From a virus, in the IMG/VR virus record IMGVR_UViG_3300017917_003742, positions 1 to 64,000 of that record: a stretch of 64,000 nt of DNA, one strand, 5' to 3'. The translations under genes were made by a program, and so were the position numbers. The notes under the pieces are model-generated. The model was not told the origin of the DNA, searched no databases, and was given only the letters and a program-made list of their open reading frames with translations. Numbering within the stretch: position 1 is the first letter of the stretch; each line of letters starts with the position of its first letter. This document shows, one piece after another, positions 17,868-26,306 of the stretch.

Positions 17868-18570
17868 TAAACAATACTGGATAGAACAATTAACTAAAGA
17901 AGTTGGTTTAGAGGGAGTTTCTTATGAGGAACTCTCAAACCACTTTGTAAACTTTGACTCATTTTTTGGAAATGACGAAGACTCTCCTACAAGCAGAGTT
18001 AATGCTAAAGAATACGTTGATCGTCAATTAGTTGAGATAGAAAAGCAATACGAGGAATTCTCTCAAACTGAAAACGCTCTTGAGTCATTTCCTTTAGCAC
18101 CTTCAAAATCTTTAACACTTGATTACAACGAATCCGACATTTTCAGCCGACTTCACAATGTTGCAAATGAAGGTTTTAAGGAAATGCCCTTTGAACAAAA
18201 TTATCAAGATAATAAAATCTTGTATAACGGTGTTCCGCTTATTATTCCTGTTCAACAAAACATTCAACGCGAAGATATTGGCTACTACGAAGTTTTTGTT
18301 GAAGGTCGTGTGTTTGTTGTTGCAATAAACAAAAAGAACGGTGACTTAAAAACAGAAGATCAAATTAATCATGTCAAATCAACAAGTTACTTTGTAGAAG
18401 AGATCAATCCCCTAAGATTAGTTGGAGGAGAAGAAATCATTTCTTACTATCAGTTCGCAAATATGATTGAAGAAATCGTTCGTAGAAAAGGAACCGTTTC
18501 TGTTGATGTGAAACTTAAAGACAATGTTAAAACTGAATTTGATGGAGTGAAACTAGATAATTTCCTATGA
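17857..18570 (+). CDS. hypothetical protein
   Basis: 237-aa ORF; ends KLDNFL (clamp-binding-like tail). Confidence 0.75.
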   Translation: MEFNKQYWIEQLTKEVGLEGVSYEELSNHFVNFDSFFGNDEDSPTSRVNAKEYVDRQLVEIEKQYEEFSQTENALESFPLAPSKSLTLDYNESDIFSRLHNVANEGFKEMPFEQNYQDNKILYNGVPLIIPVQQNIQREDIGYYEVFVEGRVFVVAINKKNGDLKTEDQINHVKSTSYFVEEINPLRLVGGEEIISYYQFANMIEEIVRRKGTVSVDVKLKDNVKTEFDGVKLDNFL

Positions 18571-19355
18571 TTAAAAGTTTCGAATTTAAAACAGGATTTG
18601 TAATGGGCTACGATCATTTAAAAGGTCGAGAGTTCAAATTTAATGATAAGCTGAACGTGTTGTTTGGCAACGTTGGTTCGTGCAAAAGCACTGCATTAAA
18701 AACAATGGCAGCATATTGTGGCATTCGCACAGGAGGATGGAGCACCATTTCTGAACCTGCCCAGCTTGCATACGATAGCATAAAGCATTTTCCTTTTTGC
18801 TATCGTAACTTGTCTCCAAGCAATGTTGATGCAATTGTAGATTGGGACGGAACTCCGTCATTCTTCAACGACAGCGAGGCACTCTCTAAAAACGATAATA
18901 CGTGGTTTTTTAGCAATGCAAAACAGAGTGCGGACGGAATTACCACAGAAGCAGAACAAATGGAAATTTTGGCAAGTAAACCGTCTTCTGGACAGTATCG
19001 TATTCACAAGATCAACAAGATTATGAAGGTGATTCAAACACCGCCAAATCTTCTCCTTGTTCCACCATACATTAACAACAAAGTTCTTGCTCAAATAGAA
19101 GTCGAATACATTAAGAGTCTTCCAAGAAACGGTAAGATTACTCTTCTTTTAGATGAGCCTGAAAAGGCACTTTCTATTCCAAAGCAGATTGAATTGTTTG
19201 ATGTTATGGTAAAACTGTCAGAACACTTTCAAATTATTATGGCAACTCACTCTCCTTTTATTCTTGAGTATAAGAAAGCAAATCTTATTGACGTTACTCC
19301 CGGTTATGTTAAAGAATGCCGAACTCTGATAAAAAATATCGGAAAAGGTAAGTAA
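18567..19355 (+). CDS. ABC-type (AAA_21-like) ATPase
   Basis: GNVGSCKST Walker A variant, SSGQ signature, LLLDEPE, ATHSP. Confidence 0.85.
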   Translation: MIKSFEFKTGFVMGYDHLKGREFKFNDKLNVLFGNVGSCKSTALKTMAAYCGIRTGGWSTISEPAQLAYDSIKHFPFCYRNLSPSNVDAIVDWDGTPSFFNDSEALSKNDNTWFFSNAKQSADGITTEAEQMEILASKPSSGQYRIHKINKIMKVIQTPPNLLLVPPYINNKVLAQIEVEYIKSLPRNGKITLLLDEPEKALSIPKQIELFDVMVKLSEHFQIIMATHSPFILEYKKANLIDVTPGYVKECRTLIKNIGKGK

Positions 19356-19361
19356 TTTATT

Positions 19362-20012
19362 ATGCCAGAAAAACTAGATAGGTTCTATTATAGAACCGTT
19401 AAGAAGAATTGTCTTTATTGTGGCTGTGAACTTAAATTAAATAATAATAGAGATGTGGAACGAAAAACCTTCTGCAACAGAAGTCATTCTGCATACTGGA
19501 ATAAAGATAATAGGAATTTTACTAATAACAAACCTCACAAGGAAGAGACTAAACAGAAAATCAAAAAATCTGCAAAGGCGAGAGAAAATTGGAAAGGTGA
19601 TAAAAATCCTAATTACAAAGGAAAATTAAAGAGAGGTAAACGTCTTTCTGAAAACCAAAAAGAGTTTTTACGGAAGAGAATGTTAGACGGAGGGGCTTTA
19701 GTTGCTCGAAAAGGTAATAAACGGAAAAGTTCTATTCAGATAAAAGTTGAAAATTACCTGACAAGTATAGGTATTTCTTTTATTGATGAATATAGACTCA
19801 ATAATAGATTAGTTGATATTTTTATAGAGCCTAATATAGTTATTGAATGCGATGGAAATTATTGGCACAGCTTTCCGCACATTAAACTCAAAGACGAGAA
19901 ATTGAATTCTTTTTGTCGAGAAAATAATATCGAAATAATTCGTCTTACGGAAACCCAAATAAAACAATCCGAATTTATACAAATTTTGGATAAATATTTT
20001 AATGGGAAATAA
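19362..20012 (+). CDS. putative homing endonuclease (NUMOD3 + Vsr/DUF559-like nuclease)
   Basis: CxxC/FC zinc motifs, KPHKEETKQKIK (NUMOD3), VDIF...IVIECDGNYWH, IIRLTE. Confidence 0.8.
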   Translation: MPEKLDRFYYRTVKKNCLYCGCELKLNNNRDVERKTFCNRSHSAYWNKDNRNFTNNKPHKEETKQKIKKSAKARENWKGDKNPNYKGKLKRGKRLSENQKEFLRKRMLDGGALVARKGNKRKSSIQIKVENYLTSIGISFIDEYRLNNRLVDIFIEPNIVIECDGNYWHSFPHIKLKDEKLNSFCRENNIEIIRLTETQIKQSEFIQILDKYFNGK

Positions 20013-20142
20013 ACTAGATCGTTGCGTTAATAAAGTCAAAGCCAAAAGCGGTAAAAAGGTAAATCCTTGGGCCGTTTGTTCTAAATCCACCGGAATCAAA
20101 AAGAAAGAAGGCGGAGGATGGACCAAAGGTAAGAAGAAGTAA
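20002..20142 (+). CDS. 46-aa basic protein with late-promoter-like motif
   Basis: MGNKLDRCVNKVKAKSGKKVNPWAVCSKSTGIKKKEGGGWTKGKKK; TAAATA 5 nt upstream; not in the ORF track. Confidence 0.75.
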   Translation: MGNKLDRCVNKVKAKSGKKVNPWAVCSKSTGIKKKEGGGWTKGKKK

Positions 20143-20643
20143 TTAACAAACCTTTTTACTCAAATTACAAAATAAATCTTTTAAAGAGTTTTCGTCAAGA
20201 AAACTCTTTAATTTTTTAGGGTCCACAGGTGTTTTATTTTTGAGAAGCAACACTTCGTCAATAACACTACCCTCTAGTTCATTTACAAGAGCCTGATTTG
20301 GAATATCAGTTTTCTTTTTTAGGAAGAACAATTTGTTTGTAACACTTTTGAGTTTCTTACAAATTTTATTAAGAAAGTTTGTTAATTTCTCACGATCATA
20401 ATATTTGAATAGTTCGTGAGATTCAGAAAAAAAGTTGTCATGAAAAAATAACAAGTCTTTGTCGTTTGTTATTCTGTCGCCAAATCGTTTAACAAATAGG
20501 TAGAAAATTATTTTCTTTGCATTGCGATCTAGTTTAGAAAGCAACTTGTATTCGTATAAACAATCAACGATTTCTTTCTCGATAAGAAATAAGAATCGGT
20601 CTATGTTCTCAAAGCTGTATAGCATAAGATAATATAACCTCAA
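20143..20643 (-). CDS. hypothetical protein
   Basis: 166-aa ORF (start uncertain). Confidence 0.65.
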   Translation of the reverse strand: MRLYYLMLYSFENIDRFLFLIEKEIVDCLYEYKLLSKLDRNAKKIIFYLFVKRFGDRITNDKDLLFFHDNFFSESHELFKYYDREKLTNFLNKICKKLKSVTNKLFFLKKKTDIPNQALVNELEGSVIDEVLLLKNKTPVDPKKLKSFLDENSLKDLFCNLSKKVC

Positions 20644-21794
20644 CTGAACTCACATTCAAGTTCGTTTTTGAATGCTTGTTCTCCAGCCAATTTTATAAAA
20701 TCTTCTTTCCATTTTTCATCTCTATCGGGAATGTCACTCCATATTATTTTATTCTTATGAAACGTTTCGTTGTTATAAAGTTTTATAAGAATTGAATCCT
20801 CGGTTTTTGGGGTTCCTGAAATTATAAGTTTATTAGATTTTGAACTTTTTACAACAGGTAAGCACGCTTTCAAAAATTGTTCCTTATCATCTTCTTCACA
20901 AAGATCTATATTATCTAAAATTAATAAACTGTGATTTTTACCTCTTATAATATTTGTGTTTAAACTAGAAGTGCCTATTTTACTACCATTTGAGAAATAT
21001 ATAGCGTCTGATCGTTGTTCAATTATTTTAGGAAAAAGAGGATTATTAAAGAAATAACAGGTTCTTCTTAATAATTCGTTGTAATGATGTGCATTCACAC
21101 AGTTCATGGTATAAATTCCTGCGGAAAAATCTTTATTGAATAAACAACAGTGTAATGAGAATAATACGTGAAGCATAGACATTCCTGATTGACGACCTGC
21201 TATAGTTACGTTCATTTTATTTTCATTCCAGTCTTTTAATATTTCTTTTTGTTTATTATACAATTTTATAGAAGAAGACGCACCATCATGTGTGTTCCAT
21301 TTGACATGATTTTCGATAAAATAAACTATATCGTTTTTACACTTTTCATATTCATCGGATGATGAATTGTCTATAACTACTCTGTATTTTTCGATTAAAT
21401 CTTTTGGGGGACCGTTGAGACGAATGTTGATAATTCCGTTATAATAATCTTCACGAAGAATAGCATTCTCCTTTAATTGCCACATAAGTTCAAGATAGGC
21501 ACTTTCCCACTTGCATGTAGTTAATTCTAGAATTTCTCTCTTAAAGTTTTCTTTACCGTATTTCTTAAGGTCTTCTTTTAATTCATTAGAAGAACCATAG
21601 TATTTCTTCCAGTCGCTTTCTTTGACCACGCGACGACTTCTAGTTTTACCTTTTAGTGGAGGTCTTTTCTGATTGCTCCAGAATTGTTTTTTACCGATAT
21701 ACTTTTTACCATTAGACAGACAAGTGATACGATAAACAAAGCCAAACCACTCACTAATATCTTCTGGAACATTTTCCCAAGAGTTTTCATTCAT
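20640..21794 (-). CDS. GIY-YIG nuclease fused to a degenerate large-terminase (gp17) ATPase domain
   Basis: FGFVYRIT..NGKKYIGKK; then KCKNDIVYFIENHVK, LYNKQKEIL, GRQSGMS, IRGKNHSLLILDN, ISGTP, WSDIPDRDEKW...FKNELECEF. Confidence 0.8.
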   Translation of the reverse strand: MNENSWENVPEDISEWFGFVYRITCLSNGKKYIGKKQFWSNQKRPPLKGKTRSRRVVKESDWKKYYGSSNELKEDLKKYGKENFKREILELTTCKWESAYLELMWQLKENAILREDYYNGIINIRLNGPPKDLIEKYRVVIDNSSSDEYEKCKNDIVYFIENHVKWNTHDGASSSIKLYNKQKEILKDWNENKMNVTIAGRQSGMSMLHVLFSLHCCLFNKDFSAGIYTMNCVNAHHYNELLRRTCYFFNNPLFPKIIEQRSDAIYFSNGSKIGTSSLNTNIIRGKNHSLLILDNIDLCEEDDKEQFLKACLPVVKSSKSNKLIISGTPKTEDSILIKLYNNETFHKNKIIWSDIPDRDEKWKEDFIKLAGEQAFKNELECEFS

Positions 21795-21803
21795 ACTGGA
21801 TAT

Positions 21804-21989
21804 TTACTTCCGTTTTTTGCGCTTTCTAGTCTTTTTGGTTTTTACTTTTCCTCTTCTGGAATATGTTCCCATTATAAACGGAGTTCGTGGATCATCTGTA
21901 GGATAAGGACCATCAGAACCTAATACTCCTGCATCAGTCATACCGTCTTCTAAAAACATTTTTACTATTTTGTCAAAATTTTTAGTCAT
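21804..21989 (-). CDS. small basic protein with capsid-targeting-like N-terminus
   Basis: MTKNFDKIVKMFLE; Lys/Arg-rich tail; TAAATA upstream. Confidence 0.65.
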   Translation of the reverse strand: MTKNFDKIVKMFLEDGMTDAGVLGSDGPYPTDDPRTPFIMGTYSRRGKVKTKKTRKRKKRK

Positions 21990-22041
21990 TTCTTACTATT
22001 TACTTGAAATCTATATATCAAGGTGGTATTTTTAAAGCATA

Positions 22042-22446
22042 ATGAACGAAGAACCTATGGATTTACTAGAGAAATACTCTAAGGAAATAGAAATGGACAC
22101 CAGTATTGATGTTACAAACATTATGGAAAAGCAACTTTCTTGCCCTAATGTTAAACATAAATGGCTTTTCAGATTAATGAAAGCCAAGAAACATCTTATT
22201 GATTTGGTGGAACTTAAAGATAATTTTGTTAACAACATAATGAACAAAGATAATCCTTTAAAGTTGAGCAAAGCAGTTATTGCAAACAAGCTCGAAACTC
22301 AAGGAGATTATAAAGAATTACAGAAAAGAATAAAAGAGCAAGAGATTCTTGTAGAATATCTTGATAGCAGTGTGAATAAAATTTTTAGTCAGATGGGATT
22401 TGACTTTAAAAATCTTGTTGAATTGATGAAAATGGAGCAATTATGA
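22042..22446 (+). CDS. uvsY: UvsY-like recombination mediator
   Basis: Helical 134 aa, ends ...GFDFKNLVELMK; position before uvsW as in T4-like phages. Confidence 0.65.
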   Translation: MNEEPMDLLEKYSKEIEMDTSIDVTNIMEKQLSCPNVKHKWLFRLMKAKKHLIDLVELKDNFVNNIMNKDNPLKLSKAVIANKLETQGDYKELQKRIKEQEILVEYLDSSVNKIFSQMGFDFKNLVELMKMEQL

Positions 22447-23099
22447 TGAATTATTCTAATGCACTACGCGAACAAGAAATAATTAAAAATAGACACGATA
22501 GTTATTTTGATGATTTATGGGAAGTTATTAATGGGCGAGCATCCACTCCTGTAAAAGATTATGAAAAAAGGCTTGCAGATTCTATAATGAATGAATCTAA
22601 TAAACAGATGAACACTACTGAATGTAAAACTATATCCGCAGTAAATTATTTTCCTTCCGATAATTTTTACGACAAGATGTTCACTAACTCTTTTGAATCA
22701 GATGTGAAACTTTTATCGAATTTTGAAGCAACAACAAATCTGTGTCTTTCTGGAACAATTGAAAATATCAACTACTCTTATCAGACTCTTTGGCCGAAAA
22801 AGGATACTTCTCAGAAGAAAGTATATAAAAACTTTAATATTGATGATTTTAAGTATAGAGACGTTGCAAAGAGAAATATAAAAGCTGTTTTCCAAAAAAG
22901 AAAAATAAAAAACAAAGAAGAATGTATATATATTGTTGATAATCTTTCACCAGAAGGTGTAGAAATTTTTATTAAAAAATATGTTAATAGAGAAATAAAA
23001 TGCTCTATACTAAAAATGTTGAGAAAGCTAGAAGCTTCTGATTGTACTTTTAATACACAAGATTGTGTATTTGAAAAATGGCAGAAGACATCAGAGTAA
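22443..23099 (+). CDS. hypothetical protein resembling a degenerate N-terminal half of major capsid gp23
   Basis: LWEVING..PVKDYEKRLADSIMNE; SGTIENINYSY; VAKRNIKAVF; REIKCSIL in gp23 order (by eye). Confidence 0.35.
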   Translation: MMNYSNALREQEIIKNRHDSYFDDLWEVINGRASTPVKDYEKRLADSIMNESNKQMNTTECKTISAVNYFPSDNFYDKMFTNSFESDVKLLSNFEATTNLCLSGTIENINYSYQTLWPKKDTSQKKVYKNFNIDDFKYRDVAKRNIKAVFQKRKIKNKEECIYIVDNLSPEGVEIFIKKYVNREIKCSILKMLRKLEASDCTFNTQDCVFEKWQKTSE

Positions 23100-24502
23100 C
23101 ATACGATAAGAAGAGTGGATATTTAAAATGTTCACCTAACGTTTTTAAACTGGTAAGAGAAAAGTTCTCTATAAAGAATCCATCTTATCAATCTAGGAAG
23201 TTTGTTCCTAGATTATATTCTATCACGCCTGCGGGTGCGTTTCAGGTAGGAATGTGGAACGAGATTGAACATTATATTCGTTCTCTTAACATTCCTGTTA
23301 AAATAACATTATCAGACGAGTTTAAAAATCAATTTAATCCCCAAACAAACATCAAGGAAATTTCTAAGATTGATGGATTCACTTATTATGATTATCAAGA
23401 GGATACACTAAACGAGTTTATCAAGAATGGTAGAGGTATATCACTTGTTGCTACTGGTGGCGGTAAAGCACTGATTGCAGGTGGCTTGTGTAAAACATTC
23501 CTCGATCACTATCCTCATTTCAAGATATTAATCATTGTTCCAAACGTGTCGTTGTTAAATCAACTTTACTATTCTTTCCTAGATGAATTTGGAATAAGTT
23601 GTATATCTCGTTGGGGAGATGGTAAGCTTCCTGATTTATCTCAAAATATTCTCATTGCTAACTCTCAAATCTTAACAAGTGACATCAAAGCAACACTAGC
23701 TGTTGTCGGGAATTATGATGTTGTAATTGTTGATGAAGTTCATACCATTAACGAGAAGAAAAACAAAATCAGCAAAGTGGTTCATAATATAACCACACCT
23801 TTCAAGTTTGGACTTACAGGAACACTACCAGATAGTCTTATGGCAAGCTGGAATGTTATTGGCAAGATTGGTCCTATTGTTTATGAGAAGACTTCTTATG
23901 AATTACGTAAACAAGGCACTATTACAGATGTCAAAATCAAAATGGTTTTATGTCAACATGAACGTGTGCCTGTGTTTCTAACTGGTCCAAATCCAACTGA
24001 CAAATATAACGCAGAATACGATTATGTTATAAACTACGCTCCAAGAAACGATGTTATTAAAAAGCTTTGTGACAAGCTTGTAGGAAACACATTGATTGTT
24101 GTGGACAGATTGGATTATATCTCAGTCTTGAAAAAATTATTAGAGGGTGGAGACAAAAAGATTTTCGTTATCACAGGCGAGACTCCAACAAGTGAGAGAA
24201 CAGAAATCCAGAACACTATGGACAAAGAAGATGGAATCATTTGTATTGCCATGAGCAAATGCTTTTCCACTGGTATTTCGATTAAGAATCTTCATTATGC
24301 AATTTTTGCATACATGGGAAAAGGTGGTGTTAAAACAGTTCAAACCATTGGCCGAACTGTTCGTAAACACAGTAGCAAAGAAGTAGCTGTGATTTTTGAC
24401 ATAGCTGACAACTTAGAATACTCTCGTAAACATGCAAAAGAAAGACTCCAAATATACAAAGAGCAAAAAATTGAGTATTCTATTACAAAAATAAAAATTT
24501 AA
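23078..24502 (+). CDS. uvsW: UvsW-like SF2 DNA helicase
   Basis: YDYQ, ATGGGK, IVDEVH, GLTGT, FSTGISIKNL, QTIGR. Confidence 0.9.
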   Translation: MAEDIRVTYDKKSGYLKCSPNVFKLVREKFSIKNPSYQSRKFVPRLYSITPAGAFQVGMWNEIEHYIRSLNIPVKITLSDEFKNQFNPQTNIKEISKIDGFTYYDYQEDTLNEFIKNGRGISLVATGGGKALIAGGLCKTFLDHYPHFKILIIVPNVSLLNQLYYSFLDEFGISCISRWGDGKLPDLSQNILIANSQILTSDIKATLAVVGNYDVVIVDEVHTINEKKNKISKVVHNITTPFKFGLTGTLPDSLMASWNVIGKIGPIVYEKTSYELRKQGTITDVKIKMVLCQHERVPVFLTGPNPTDKYNAEYDYVINYAPRNDVIKKLCDKLVGNTLIVVDRLDYISVLKKLLEGGDKKIFVITGETPTSERTEIQNTMDKEDGIICIAMSKCFSTGISIKNLHYAIFAYMGKGGVKTVQTIGRTVRKHSSKEVAVIFDIADNLEYSRKHAKERLQIYKEQKIEYSITKIKI

Positions 24503-24503
24503 T

Positions 24504-25235
24504 ATGTGGGAAACTGACACTGATGATATTGAACCCGAAGAAGAACTTTCTGAAATAGATGTTCTTGATGAAAAGCCTCGTAAAAGAACACGCCGAACAA
24601 AGGCTGAAAAAGAAACTGAGGAATATGTTTCTAAAGAAGAGATGTGGAATGAACTATACAATTATTACATTTCTCTTGGAGAAGATTATGATTGGGAAAA
24701 TCAAAAGCTTCTTAAGAAAGATTCTTACCCCAAAATTTCAAATCGCTTAACAACCATTGTTAGTGATATTGCAACAAAAATGGGATACCGTGGAAACTTT
24801 TGCTCATATTCTTGGATTGACGAAATGATTGGTGATGCCACACTTAAAATGGTTAAAGCTGTTCGTGACTGCTCATTCAAGTGCTATACAATTGCCGAGA
24901 TAATTTCTAAAACAGAAGATAACGGAACCGTATTTATCAGCTTTATTGATAAAAAAGGCGAAGCTCAGAAAAAGCAACTTGAAGAATCCGATACATTCTT
25001 TTTTGAAGATGGCAAGGAATATATCAAGTTTAAAGCAAATCCTTTTGGATACTTTTCTCGAATAACAAGTCATTCTTATCTTAATCGCATTAAAAAAGAA
25101 AAGTTATTAGAAGAGACAAAAAGAAATTTTCAAGCTGAAACTTGGGATCGTCTTTACTCTGATGAAAACTTTCGTAATGTTCGTCGTCCGAAATATATTG
25201 AAAACGACGATAATGATGGTATATTTGAGGAATGA
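24504..25235 (+). CDS. 55: late transcription sigma factor gp55
   Basis: YVSKEE, IATKMGYRGNFCSYSWIDEMIGDA, NPFGYFSRI...NRIKKEK; synteny uvsW-55-47. Confidence 0.85.
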   Translation: MWETDTDDIEPEEELSEIDVLDEKPRKRTRRTKAEKETEEYVSKEEMWNELYNYYISLGEDYDWENQKLLKKDSYPKISNRLTTIVSDIATKMGYRGNFCSYSWIDEMIGDATLKMVKAVRDCSFKCYTIAEIISKTEDNGTVFISFIDKKGEAQKKQLEESDTFFFEDGKEYIKFKANPFGYFSRITSHSYLNRIKKEKLLEETKRNFQAETWDRLYSDENFRNVRRPKYIENDDNDGIFEE

Positions 25236-25549
25236 GAAAAAAGATAGCAGACAGATTATACAAATTATACGGTGGTGATTTTAGACATTTTCCAAAGGGT
25301 TTACGAATGTTCCTTTGGAAAATGTTTGGGCATGATTACCGATTTTATCCACATGATAGAATGTATTTTCCAAAAATAGGAAAATATGAATATTCGGATT
25401 TAATAAATGTGGAAGATGAATGGTTTGTTTATAAGACATGGGTTCCGCATCTTTGGCCTGAATTATCAACAGAAGAAATTTGTAATGCTCGACTCATGAG
25501 CGGTCCTGTTAGTCTAAAGTTTCAATTAAATTACACTTATGAAGAGTAA
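25232..25549 (+). CDS. small protein with gp23 Gol-region-like C-terminus
   Basis: LWPELSTEEICNARLMSGPVSLKFQLNYTY resembles gp23 IPNLIAFDICGVQPMNSPTGQVFALRAVY. Confidence 0.45.
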   Translation: MRKKIADRLYKLYGGDFRHFPKGLRMFLWKMFGHDYRFYPHDRMYFPKIGKYEYSDLINVEDEWFVYKTWVPHLWPELSTEEICNARLMSGPVSLKFQLNYTYEE

Positions 25550-26306
25550 AGAAATTATAGAACAAAAAAACAAAGATAAAATAGATAGACTTTTATTAGA
25601 GATAGAAGTCTCACCTATTAACGAAACGGTCAATATCGACTATGTTATTAATCTCTGTTATATAACAAAAAATACTATTAAAAAATATATAAAGGATAAA
25701 AAGTTAGAATGTTTATGGGTTGATAACGAACCTGTTTTTTTACGAACACATCTTTTGAATTTTTTAAAAAATAATTATATAAAAGTTAGGACCGAATCTA
25801 AAATGTTAAAAGCTAGTATAGCTGGAAGTTCTATTTATGAAGGGAAGACCTGTGAAATCTGTAAAACCAAATCTAGATATATTTCTAATAGTAGTTGTGT
25901 TGATTGTTCTACGAGAAAAGGTATTATTAAGCTGAACGACCAAGAGCTTATGAAACAATATAGAACTCCTGAAAAAGTTAAACAATATACGAAAAAATAT
26001 CGAAGTTTAGGAAAACATAGATGTTCTCCCTCTAATTCTAAAGTTAGTAAATTTAATCACAATTTAATCAAAAATTACAATATAGATGCATCTATGTATA
26101 ATAAATTACTAACTGAACAAAATAATGTCTGTGCTATATGTAAACGCTGTTGCGTATCAGGGAGACGTTTAGCAGTAGATCATGATCATAAAACTGGAAA
26201 GGTTCGTGGATTGCTGTGCGGTAGATGTAATACGGGATTAGGTAATTTTACTGATTCCATTGAATTTTTAGAAGAAGCTATAAAATATTTAAAACATGAA
26301 AAATAA
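25539..26306 (+). CDS. Endonuclease VII-type HNH homing endonuclease with N-terminal HTH/Zn ribbon
   Basis: QNNVCAIC, LAVDHDHKTGKVRGLLCGRCNTGLG. Confidence 0.85.
   Translation: MKSKEIIEQKNKDKIDRLLLEIEVSPINETVNIDYVINLCYITKNTIKKYIKDKKLECLWVDNEPVFLRTHLLNFLKNNYIKVRTESKMLKASIAGSSIYEGKTCEICKTKSRYISNSSCVDCSTRKGIIKLNDQELMKQYRTPEKVKQYTKKYRSLGKHRCSPSNSKVSKFNHNLIKNYNIDASMYNKLLTEQNNVCAICKRCCVSGRRLAVDHDHKTGKVRGLLCGRCNTGLGNFTDSIEFLEEAIKYLKHEK

Noticed and set aside
17857-18570. FVEEINPLRLVGGEEIISYYQ as another tail-sheath fragment (INPV...G.G....G.KT)
   Set aside because: Single short match without flanking sheath motifs; could be chance. Worth including in the HHpred run.
19362-20012. Group I intron around the endonuclease
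   Set aside because: The ORF fills the whole interval between the matching starts; no room or sequence for P/Q/R/S core elements.
20143-20643. SFENIDRFLFLIEKEI as sheath RINVRRLF..LEK.I motif
   Set aside because: No following FE.N motif; the rest of the protein does not fit.
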